This document shows positions 18,520 to 26,804 of a stretch of 42,541 nt of DNA, in pieces. The notes below the pieces were generated by a model, which searched no databases, was not told the origin of the DNA, and saw only the letters and a program-made list of their open reading frames with translations. A program made the translations under genes and the position numbers. The DNA comes from a virus (taxonomy: Duplodnaviria > Heunggongvirae > Uroviricota > Caudoviricetes). Numbering within the stretch: the stretch's first letter is position 1; each line of letters starts with the position of its first letter. The DNA lies in the IMG/VR virus record IMGVR_UViG_2529293215_000009. One strand, 5' to 3'.

Positions 18520-19834
18520 TTTAGGTTATGCCGCCACACTTGCCTCAAAAGAGGCGGTGGCATACTTCCGCGCCAAAGGGGCGCATATCAGCTGGAACTG
18601 GTTCGAAACAGACGCGGATGTTCATGCCCGTTCATTCACGGCGGCAAAAGTGGCACGCCTGGACGTACTGACCACACTACAGGCGGAAGTGCAGCGTGCT
18701 GTTGATGAGGGGATTTCACAGAAAGCATTTATTCGCACGCTGACACCCCGCCTGCAAAAGCTGGGATGGTGGGGAAAACAGATTGTGGTGGACAGTGCCG
18801 GTAACGCGGAAGAAGTGCAGCTGGGCAGTCCCCGCCGTCTGGCGCTGATTTACAACGTGAACACCCGTGTGGCTTACAATGCCGGGCGTTACACGCAGAT
18901 GATGAACAACACGGACACGCATCCGTTCTGGCAGTATGTGGCGGTGATGGACAGCCGCACCCGCCCGGCACATTCCGCCCTTAACGGGCTGGTATTCCGC
19001 TATGACGATCCGTTCTGGAATACACACTACCCGCCCAATGGCTGGAACTGTCGCTGCCGTGTCCGGCCATTGTCTCAGGCCCGTCTGGATGCGATGGGGC
19101 TGTCTGTTTCATCCGGTCAGGATCATCTCTCCACCCGCAATGTTGAGGCTGGCGTGGATAAGCAGACCGGAGAAGTCAGAGAAATGCCGGTGACCACATA
19201 TTCAGATGGCACCAGAACCATGACACCGGATGTGGGCTGGTCATATAACCCCGGCTCGGCGGCGTTCGGCACAGACCAGGCGTTGATCCGTAAACTGATC
19301 GAGGTGAAAAGCCCGGCGCTGCGGGAAATGGTAGTGCAGGAGATGAACAACAGCCCGGAGCGGCAGCTGGCGTTCCGCATCTGGGCAAAAAACATCATGA
19401 AAACCCGGCGAGGCGGTAACGATATCCGCACGCTGGGCTTTATGACCGAAAGCATTGCGCAGGCGGTGGAAAGCCGGACGGGAACGCCACCGGCCCGCCT
19501 GCTGGCGATGAGCGGTAAAAATGTGCTCCATGCGGACAGCATGAAACATCAGAATGACGGTATCGCCCTGACGCCGGAGGATTTCGGTCGATTACCGGCA
19601 ATGCTGGCAAAGCCAAAAGCGGTGCTGTGGGACAAACGCCACAACAATCTGATGTATATCGTGGAAAGTAAGGATAGCAGTGTGCAGATTGCCGTTAATG
19701 CGCCGTACAGCCTGAAGCGTCAGCCGGATAAACTGGATGTGATTGTGAATGCTTACCGGGTTATCAATATGGATAAGCTGAAATCGGATATCCGGGGTGG
19801 AATGCTTGAGGTACTGGAAGGAGATATTGATTAA
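18503..19834 (+). CDS. head morphogenesis protein (Mu F-like)
   Basis: 443 aa following portal with overlapping start. Confidence 0.75.
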   Translation: MAQGIDLGYAATLASKEAVAYFRAKGAHISWNWFETDADVHARSFTAAKVARLDVLTTLQAEVQRAVDEGISQKAFIRTLTPRLQKLGWWGKQIVVDSAGNAEEVQLGSPRRLALIYNVNTRVAYNAGRYTQMMNNTDTHPFWQYVAVMDSRTRPAHSALNGLVFRYDDPFWNTHYPPNGWNCRCRVRPLSQARLDAMGLSVSSGQDHLSTRNVEAGVDKQTGEVREMPVTTYSDGTRTMTPDVGWSYNPGSAAFGTDQALIRKLIEVKSPALREMVVQEMNNSPERQLAFRIWAKNIMKTRRGGNDIRTLGFMTESIAQAVESRTGTPPARLLAMSGKNVLHADSMKHQNDGIALTPEDFGRLPAMLAKPKAVLWDKRHNNLMYIVESKDSSVQIAVNAPYSLKRQPDKLDVIVNAYRVINMDKLKSDIRGGMLEVLEGDID

Positions 19835-19955
19835 CGGTCAGTGGCGGGGGTTGAACCCGCATACATGATCCACCCGGAGGCAGGCACCGACTTTACCAGT
19901 TAAGCGTACACTGACCGCCTGTTTATTTTATATTCATCCTTTATGCGGAGGCAAT

Positions 19956-20429
19956 ATGTCATCCATTGATGCCGCTGTCGTTGTTGACGTTACGCGTCTC
20001 CAGCGGGTCTTTGCCCGGCTTCAGTTTGTGGGTGGAGGGAAAGACCTGGCCCGCAGTGTGGCGGCGAGTCTTCTGTCATCGTCAGAAATGGCGTTTGAAC
20101 AGGAAAAAGAGCCGGACGGCGAACGCTGGCATGACTGGTCAGATCCTTACCGCAAGTGGCGTACCCGTAAGGGATACATGCCCGGCAAAATCCTGACGCT
20201 GAACGGCGATCTGGCCCGACGCCTGACCACGGATTATGGCGATACCTGGGCGCTGATTGGATCAAATGAGCCTTATGCGGCCATTCATCAGTGGGGTGGC
20301 CTGCCTGGTATGCCACCGGGACCGGCGGCCATTGGCGCACGCCCGTATATGGGCTTTGATCAGGTGGCAGAGCAGGAGATCATGGACGAAATCAGAAAAC
20401 GCTTTAAAAAGGCCACAGAAACGCCTTAA
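19956..20429 (+). CDS. virion morphogenesis protein (Mu G-like)
   Basis: 157 aa; conserved position between F and protease I. Confidence 0.65.
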   Translation: MSSIDAAVVVDVTRLQRVFARLQFVGGGKDLARSVAASLLSSSEMAFEQEKEPDGERWHDWSDPYRKWRTRKGYMPGKILTLNGDLARRLTTDYGDTWALIGSNEPYAAIHQWGGLPGMPPGPAAIGARPYMGFDQVAEQEIMDEIRKRFKKATETP

Positions 20430-20605
20430 TTGTTTAAGGTATGCAAATGCATTACCTTACCCCCTTCAGGCGCGTGTCGTGATTTTCTAACCTGTATTTA
20501 ACGGGCTTTAAAATCTGCGTGAAGCGCCTTTGTATTTTTCCCCTGGAAGCACTTCCTGAAATCCCGCAAAACCCGCCCTGAAAATTCCCGGCTTATGCTG
20601 CCGGA

Positions 20606-21730
20606 ATGAAGACGAAAAACACGCCCAAACTTGCTTATGCCATTCTGAATGCCATCAGCCTGTCCGCAGACGGGGACGGTGACTGGTGTCAGATCATGCC
20701 AGCCGGTCGGGTAAAGGCCCGTGACGGTCGCCCGGAAAAACCGGCCGAGGGCTGGCTGATTAACCGTGCGACCGTTGAGCGCATGGTATCCCGGGTTGTG
20801 GCGCTCAATCAGCCGGTGAAAATTGACTACAACCACCAGACCCTGATTAAGGGGCATCAGGCACCGGCTGCCGGTTTTGTGATGGCCTCACCGGAGAATT
20901 TTCGCTTCAGTGAAGAGCGTGGCTTCGAGGTGCGCCCGAAGTGGAACCCTCCGGCCCTTGAACATCTGCGTAATAACGAATTCCCCTGGTTTTCACCGGT
21001 GATTGGCTATGACGAGAACACCGGCGAACCTGTCGAACTTCGGATGCTGGCTATTACCGGTGACCCCGGTCTGACCGGCATGAATCCTGTCGCCGCGCTG
21101 TCGGCGGATGACCTTTATAACGCCTTAAACCCTCCTTTAAAGGATACCTCCATGAATGAGCAATTACGCCAGTTGCTGACGGCGCTCGGTCTGACCGTGG
21201 CTGACGGTGACGAATTTACGCCGGAGCTGGGCACGGCGGCGCTGTCTGCCCTCACCGGGATCAAAACCCGTGCGGATGCACACGACAACCTGAAAACACA
21301 GGTCGCCAGTCTGTCGGCAGAGCTGGAAACCGCAAAAGGCACACCGGCTGGCGGCATTATTGATCTGACGAAATACGTGCCCGTTGAAACGTATAACGCC
21401 CTGCGTACCGAATACGTTGCGCTGTCGGCGCAGCACGGCAGCACCACGCTGGAGCAGGTGCTGGACAAGGCTGAATCCGAAGGGCGCATCTTCAAAAGCG
21501 AACGCGGCTATCTGGAACAACTGGGCGGGCAGATTGGCGTTGCGGCACTTTCTGCACAGCTTGACGCCCGCCAGCCGGTTGCGGCCCTGACCTCTCTTCA
21601 GACCGACACCGTGACCGTGCCGGATAAAAAGACTGCCACCGCTGCGCTGTCGGCTGAAGATATCGCGGCCGCCAAACTGCTGGGTAAAACCGAAGCCGAG
21701 TTCCTGAAAATGAAAGAGGAAATGCAATAA
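20606..21730 (+). CDS. prohead protease / scaffold (Mu I-like)
   Basis: 374 aa immediately upstream of major capsid gene; Ala-rich coiled-coil C-terminal half typical of scaffold. Confidence 0.7.
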   Translation: MKTKNTPKLAYAILNAISLSADGDGDWCQIMPAGRVKARDGRPEKPAEGWLINRATVERMVSRVVALNQPVKIDYNHQTLIKGHQAPAAGFVMASPENFRFSEERGFEVRPKWNPPALEHLRNNEFPWFSPVIGYDENTGEPVELRMLAITGDPGLTGMNPVAALSADDLYNALNPPLKDTSMNEQLRQLLTALGLTVADGDEFTPELGTAALSALTGIKTRADAHDNLKTQVASLSAELETAKGTPAGGIIDLTKYVPVETYNALRTEYVALSAQHGSTTLEQVLDKAESEGRIFKSERGYLEQLGGQIGVAALSAQLDARQPVAALTSLQTDTVTVPDKKTATAALSAEDIAAAKLLGKTEAEFLKMKEEMQ

Positions 21731-22677
21731 TGCCTACCCCGATTACACCGGCGATGATCACCGCCCTGATGACGGGCTACCGTTCTGATTTTCAGGCCGG
21801 GATGTCCATGGCCCCGTCGCAGTATAAAAAAATTGCGATGACCGTGCCCTCCACATCGAAATCCAACACCTACGGCTGGCTGGGGCAGTTCCCGCAGTTC
21901 CGTGAGTGGATCGGCTCCCGCGTCATCGAGAAGATGAAAGCCTATGGCTATGCCATCGTGAACAAAACTTTTGAAGGCACTGTCGCCATTAGCCGCGATG
22001 ACTTCGAAGACGACAACCTCGGTATTTATTCCCCGTTGTTCCAGGAGATGGGGCGCGCTGCGGCGGTACAACCGGATGAGCTGGTCTTTGCTGCCCTGCG
22101 TGACGGGATCAGTGCGGCCTGCTATGACGGTCAGAACTTCTTTGATACCGAACATCCGGTTTACCCCAAAGTGGATGGCTCCGGGGATGCGCAGATGGTC
22201 AGCAATATGTTTGTGGCAAAAACCGGCTCTGTCGGCGCACAGGCTGATTACAGCGGTCCGGCCTGGTATCTGCTTGACTGCTCCCGCGCGGTAAAACCGC
22301 TGATTTATCAGGATCGCCGTAAGGCTGAACTGGTTGCCCAGACCAAAGTCGATGAAGGTCGCGCATTCACCGATAACGAATTTGTGTTTGGTGCATCCGC
22401 CCGTCGCAATGTGGGCTACGGCTTCTGGCAGATGGCCTACATGATGCAGTCACCGCTGACGCTGGATGCACTGTGGCACGGCTGGTCAGCCATGCGCGAA
22501 TTTACCGCTGACGGTGGCCGCAAACTCGGCATTAAACCCACCCATATTGTTGTCCCCACCTCGCTGGAAAAACAGGCGGTGCAGCTGCTGGAGCGTGAAC
22601 TGTTCGCAGACGGAAACGCAACCGTCTCTAACGAGATGAAGGGCAAGCTGGAGCTGGTTGTCGCGGATTATCTGTAA
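21730..22677 (+). CDS. major capsid protein (Mu T-like)
   Basis: 315 aa; follows protease/scaffold with ATGCAATAATG overlap; length typical of Mu-type major head subunit. Confidence 0.8.
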   Translation: MPTPITPAMITALMTGYRSDFQAGMSMAPSQYKKIAMTVPSTSKSNTYGWLGQFPQFREWIGSRVIEKMKAYGYAIVNKTFEGTVAISRDDFEDDNLGIYSPLFQEMGRAAAVQPDELVFAALRDGISAACYDGQNFFDTEHPVYPKVDGSGDAQMVSNMFVAKTGSVGAQADYSGPAWYLLDCSRAVKPLIYQDRRKAELVAQTKVDEGRAFTDNEFVFGASARRNVGYGFWQMAYMMQSPLTLDALWHGWSAMREFTADGGRKLGIKPTHIVVPTSLEKQAVQLLERELFADGNATVSNEMKGKLELVVADYL

Positions 22678-22684
22678 ACGGTGA

Positions 22685-22703
22685 GCCGGGCTTACGGCCC
22701 GGC
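22685..22703 (+). other. GC stem-loop after capsid gene
   Basis: GCCGGGC ttacg GCCCGGC, perfect 7-bp stem 8 nt after capsid stop, no U-tract. Confidence 0.4.
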
Positions 22704-22720
22704 CCCTGCGGAGGGCAAAT

Positions 22721-23095
22721 ATGAATGAACATCACACTGTGGCAGCAACAGATGATTCAGGTCTTCAGGTCAGTGGTGACAATTCTGTCACGGTGCTGGC
22801 AGAAGTGCGTTGCAGTCGTTCGGCGTTTCGTCGTGCGGGGTTCCTGTTCACGCGTGGACGTCAGCAGGTTGAGGTCACCCCGGAGCAGCTTGCCCGACTG
22901 GAGGAGGAGCCATGCCTCACTGTGCGAATACTACAGACGTCTGCTGATGATGCGGGGAGCGTGGCGGGTGTGGTTCATGCAGTGGCCGGTACAGATTTAG
23001 CCGAAGCCGAAGCCGAAGCCGAAGCCGAAGCCGAAGCCGGACAGGATGCTCCCCGGAAAAAGACCGGTAACAAAGCGGAACAGGCCCGTGCATGA
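22721..23095 (+). CDS. small head-region protein with (Ala-Glu)6 repeat (Mu gp35 position)
   Basis: GGAGGG then ATG 22721; 124 aa; contains AEAEAEAEAEAEAG encoded by (GCCGAA)6. Confidence 0.55.
   Translation: MNEHHTVAATDDSGLQVSGDNSVTVLAEVRCSRSAFRRAGFLFTRGRQQVEVTPEQLARLEEEPCLTVRILQTSADDAGSVAGVVHAVAGTDLAEAEAEAEAEAEAGQDAPRKKTGNKAEQARA
23000..23035 (+). repeat. perfect hexanucleotide microsatellite (GCCGAA)6 inside CDS
   Basis: Six tandem GCCGAA units in frame, encoding (AE)6. Confidence 0.95.
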
Positions 23096-23511
23096 ATTAC
23101 GCCACTGAAACCGATATGCGGGCGCGTTACCGCGAGGATTTGCTCAGGCCGTTACTGGCTGTGCCCCGTTCGGATGAGCCGGACACGCGCAAGCTGAACC
23201 GGGCGCTGACAGATGCGTCAGCCCTTATCGACAGCTATCTGTCCGCCCGTTACACGTTGCCGCTGGAGGTTATTCCGGCCGTTCTTGTTCAGCACTGTTG
23301 CGCGATTGCCTTTTATTACCTGTGCGATCAGCGAGCCTCCGATCAGGCGCGTGACCGTTACCGTGAAGCGCTGGCCTGGCTGAAAGATGTCATGAACGGC
23401 AATGTGCCGGTCGGTGTGGATACGAACGGTGCGGCCCCTGAATCCGGGGATTTACCACAGGTTCAGTCTGATGCAGCGGTATTCGGGCGCAACCAGAAGG
23501 GCTTCATATGA
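23092..23511 (+). CDS. head completion/connector-like protein (Mu gp36 position)
   Basis: 139 aa, overlapping start (ATGA), downstream of capsid. Confidence 0.6.
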   Translation: MNYATETDMRARYREDLLRPLLAVPRSDEPDTRKLNRALTDASALIDSYLSARYTLPLEVIPAVLVQHCCAIAFYYLCDQRASDQARDRYREALAWLKDVMNGNVPVGVDTNGAAPESGDLPQVQSDAAVFGRNQKGFI

Positions 23512-24068
23512 TTACGGAAACCGAACAGGCATACATCGCCCGTATCCGTGAGTATTTCGGGAATGAACTGGTGTCTGTTGACACGCATCCCGGCGACTGG
23601 AGCGACAGCGTACTGCGCACCATGCTGATTAACGCCCCGGCGATCTACGTTGCCTGGCTGGGTGCCGGTGAAGGCCGTACCCGTGGTCGCCTGGTCAGTC
23701 ACTGGGTGTTCTACGTCATCGGCGACATGCTCAACGGGCGTGAGGCCAGCCGTCCCGGACTGTATCAGATTGTGGCCCGGCTGATTGCCGTGCTTAACGG
23801 CTTCAGAACAGAAAAAACCTCACCGCTTTACTTTGAAAAGGCGGTCAACGGTTACACCGAAACCCAGGCGGACAGTGGTGCGGTGATGTATGCGCTTTAT
23901 TTCTCCTGCGAGGAAATGATCGCACCGCTGACCGATACCAGCTCGCTGGACGACTTCCTGCGTCATTACGAAACCTTTGTGGAGCCGCCCGGTACGCCGC
24001 CGTTTGAGGCACATATTGATTTGCCGGGGAACACGACAACGGCGGTCGAACCGCCGGAGGAACTGTAA
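23508..24068 (+). CDS. structural protein (Mu gp37 position)
   Basis: 186 aa, overlapping start, between head and tail sheath genes. Confidence 0.6.
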   Translation: MITETEQAYIARIREYFGNELVSVDTHPGDWSDSVLRTMLINAPAIYVAWLGAGEGRTRGRLVSHWVFYVIGDMLNGREASRPGLYQIVARLIAVLNGFRTEKTSPLYFEKAVNGYTETQADSGAVMYALYFSCEEMIAPLTDTSSLDDFLRHYETFVEPPGTPPFEAHIDLPGNTTTAVEPPEEL

Positions 24069-24314
24069 ATGAAAACCATCTTTATCAAACCCGCGCCGGG
24101 ACGCCTGATTCGTGATCCCGACACAATGCGCCCGCTGGCACAGGAGGGGGAGGAAAAGCCCTTTACGCCGTTCTGGTGTCGGCGTCTTGATGACGGCGAT
24201 GTCATTCAGGCTGAAAAAGCCGCTGAAGAGGCTCCGGCTGTATCTGCGGATGCAACGACTGCGACAGAAAAACCGGTCGCCCAACCGGCATCCGATAAGG
24301 AGAAACCGCAATGA
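24069..24314 (+). CDS. small structural-module protein (Mu gp38 position)
   Basis: 81 aa ORF between gp37-like and sheath. Confidence 0.5.
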   Translation: MKTIFIKPAPGRLIRDPDTMRPLAQEGEEKPFTPFWCRRLDDGDVIQAEKAAEEAPAVSADATTATEKPVAQPASDKEKPQ

Positions 24315-25813
24315 TTAATTTTGACGGGATCGGTAATGACCGCCGTATACCGCTGATTGAGGTTGAGTTTAATAACTCCATGGCTGTCACCGGCACTCCG
24401 GCACAGCGTCAGTGTGTGCTGCTGTTTGGTCAGGCGAGAATGAAAGAGAATGCCGTGGACGGTGCCGGTGTTCTGGATGTTCCGGTCAGGATCACCCGTG
24501 CGTCTCAGGCAACAGAACTCTGGGGGCGCGGCTCCATGATTGCCCTGATGGTGGCGGAATTTATCGCCATCAATCCTGATGCTGAACTGTATGCCATTGC
24601 TCAGGGGAACGGCACCGGACAGGCAACGGCTGCGGCCATGAATCTGACCGGAACGGTCACCCGTGACGGGATTGTTTATGCCTGCGTGGGGGGGCGGCGT
24701 TATACACTCCCGGCACCAAAAGGTAAGAAAGGCAAAGAACTGACCGACGAGCTGGCCGCGCTGATCAATGCCGATCCTGACGCGCCCTTCACGGCCTCCT
24801 CTGGTGCAGGAAGTGGTGATAATGGCGCAGGTCTGAAAGGGTCTCTGGGGATCACCGCCCGCTTTACCGGTGAATGCTCCGTTCATGATGTGCGCCTGAA
24901 CTATCACGACGGGGAAGCAACCCCGGAAGGAATACAGGTCGCTATAGCCTATCCGAAACAAAAAGCGGCTAACCCGGATATCACCCGAAGCGTGGCGGGT
25001 ATGGGCGATCGCCAGTACAACTATGTCGTCATGCCCTATAAGGATGATGCAAACCTGAAAATCATCAGTGATGAGCTTCTGAAACGCTGGGGACCGGCCA
25101 AAATGTCTGACGGCGTGCTGTGGCTGGCACATACCGGCACGTTTGGTGAGGTGCAGGCATTCGGGGCAAAACGCAATGATTTTCTGGCGACCTGCACATC
25201 CATTCCCAAAGCCCCTGAACCGGATTACCTCTGGGCAGCGGCGGTCTGTGCCACCTGTGCACCCTCTCTGGGAGCAGATCCTGCGCGTCCGCTTCAGACG
25301 CTGGCGCTTCCGTCACGCATGGCCCCGGCTCCGGCCGATCGTCTGACGCGTGAAGAGCGTAACAGTCTGCTGTGGGGAGGGATTGCCACGGTCAGTGTGG
25401 CTGCCGGTGATGTGGTTCAGATCGAACGTCAGGTGACCATGTATCGCCAGAACGTGTACGGCGAAAGTGATCCCAGCTATCTGGATGTGGAAACCATCTA
25501 CACCCTCTCCTGGCTGCGTTATTCCCTGCGTACTTTTATCACACAACGTTTTCCGCGCCATAAACTGGCTGATGACGGGACGCCCGTTCGTGCCGGTCAG
25601 AATATCGTGACGCCGGAGATCATGAAGCTTCAGTTAATTTCGCTGGGTGAAGAGTGGGTGGAACTCGGGCTGGTCGAAAATCTGGACACCTTTAAAAAGA
25701 ATCTGCTTGTGGAGCGTAATGCGTCAGATCGAAACCGTCTTGACGTGTTATGCACGCCGGATCTGGTTAACCAGTTCCGCTTCCTGGCAGCACAGATCCG
25801 TTTCATTTTGTGA
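24311..25813 (+). CDS. tail sheath protein (Mu L-like)
   Basis: 500 aa followed by small tube gene, the usual contractile-tail arrangement. Confidence 0.8.
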   Translation: MINFDGIGNDRRIPLIEVEFNNSMAVTGTPAQRQCVLLFGQARMKENAVDGAGVLDVPVRITRASQATELWGRGSMIALMVAEFIAINPDAELYAIAQGNGTGQATAAAMNLTGTVTRDGIVYACVGGRRYTLPAPKGKKGKELTDELAALINADPDAPFTASSGAGSGDNGAGLKGSLGITARFTGECSVHDVRLNYHDGEATPEGIQVAIAYPKQKAANPDITRSVAGMGDRQYNYVVMPYKDDANLKIISDELLKRWGPAKMSDGVLWLAHTGTFGEVQAFGAKRNDFLATCTSIPKAPEPDYLWAAAVCATCAPSLGADPARPLQTLALPSRMAPAPADRLTREERNSLLWGGIATVSVAAGDVVQIERQVTMYRQNVYGESDPSYLDVETIYTLSWLRYSLRTFITQRFPRHKLADDGTPVRAGQNIVTPEIMKLQLISLGEEWVELGLVENLDTFKKNLLVERNASDRNRLDVLCTPDLVNQFRFLAAQIRFIL

Positions 25814-25821
25814 GGTAAGGC

Positions 25822-26187
25822 ATGAGCGGAAAACAGTATCAGGGTACGGCCACTATCCGTGTGAACGGTCAGGAATACGAGACGCTTGAGGGGGCTACAT
25901 TTTCTCCGTCTGGTTTTGAACGTGAAGTGGTGAAAGGCGCGAAAGTCTATGGTTACCGCCAGAAACCACGTGAAGCGACGCTGGACTGCAAATTTCCGGC
26001 AGGCGGAGAAGGTTCACCAGCCGCCGATGAAATCAACAACTGGACTGCGGTCACTATCGAGTTTGTGGCGGATACCGGCGAAGTCCACATGATGACGAAG
26101 GCCTGGAGCAGTGAACCGGCCTCGCTTGACGGTGGCGGGGAGATCTCCGTGAAGTTCGCCAGCGCCTCCAGTACCCGTGTTCAGTGA
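25822..26187 (+). CDS. tail tube protein (Mu M-like)
   Basis: 121 aa right after sheath. Confidence 0.75.
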   Translation: MSGKQYQGTATIRVNGQEYETLEGATFSPSGFEREVVKGAKVYGYRQKPREATLDCKFPAGGEGSPAADEINNWTAVTIEFVADTGEVHMMTKAWSSEPASLDGGGEISVKFASASSTRVQ

Positions 26188-26201
26188 TCAGGAAAAATAA
26201 A

Positions 26202-26678
26202 ATGACCACACGTAAGAAAAAAACGGCAGTTTCCGAGGCAGCCGTGATGGAGGCAATCCGGGAAGCACTTGAGGGGGCTGATCCACGCACTGCCGGGCTG
26301 ACAGAGCAACTGGCAAAGGGATATGTGGATCTGCTTGATGGTCTGCCGTTTGGTGAGACCCGTGAATATCGTGTCACGTTCCGGGAACTGACAGCGAAAG
26401 ACAGTATTGACGCAGAAGCAGAAGCCGAGCGCGTGGTGGAGACAAACAATGGCCCGATGCTGATAGCGTCTCCGTCGTTACGCGGTGTTGCACTGCTGCG
26501 CCGTCAGATTGCCGCAGTGGGAGACATTGAAGGTCCGTTGTCACCCCGTCAGATTGGACAGTTAAGCGAGCGCGATCTCTCCCGCCTGATGGCAGCGGTC
26601 AGCCTGCTGGATACCGCGCTTGCCGGAAAGCTGGCAGCTGACCGGGGGCGATCAGGCGCAGTGTCGGGATCAGATTGA
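26202..26678 (+). CDS. tail assembly chaperone
   Basis: ORF 26184..26678, ATG at 26202; between tube and tape measure; overlapped at 3' end by a +1-frame ORF. Confidence 0.6.
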   Translation: MTTRKKKTAVSEAAVMEAIREALEGADPRTAGLTEQLAKGYVDLLDGLPFGETREYRVTFRELTAKDSIDAEAEAERVVETNNGPMLIASPSLRGVALLRRQIAAVGDIEGPLSPRQIGQLSERDLSRLMAAVSLLDTALAGKLAADRGRSGAVSGSD

Positions 26679-26802
26679 AGAAGCGGCAATTATCCTGGGG
26701 ATGGTGACAAAAAGCGGTCCGGAATGGGCGCTTAACCTCCCCCTGTCGCAACTTTACCGGCACTGCCGACAGACAGAAAAAATCATCAGAACGAAGCAGT
26801 AA
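26620..26802 (+). CDS. candidate frameshift extension of tail assembly chaperone
   Basis: +1-frame ORF overlapping chaperone 3' end and ending 2 nt before tape measure start; GGGGG run at 26644..26648 in overlap. Confidence 0.4.
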   Translation: MPESWQLTGGDQAQCRDQIEEAAIILGMVTKSGPEWALNLPLSQLYRHCRQTEKIIRTKQ

Positions 26803-26804
26803 GT

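Noticed and set aside
19853-19870. tRNA T-arm-like hairpin GCGGG ggttgaa CCCGC in the F-G spacer
   Set aside because: No acceptor stem, anticodon arm or D-arm could be built around it; loop sequence does not match the T-loop consensus.
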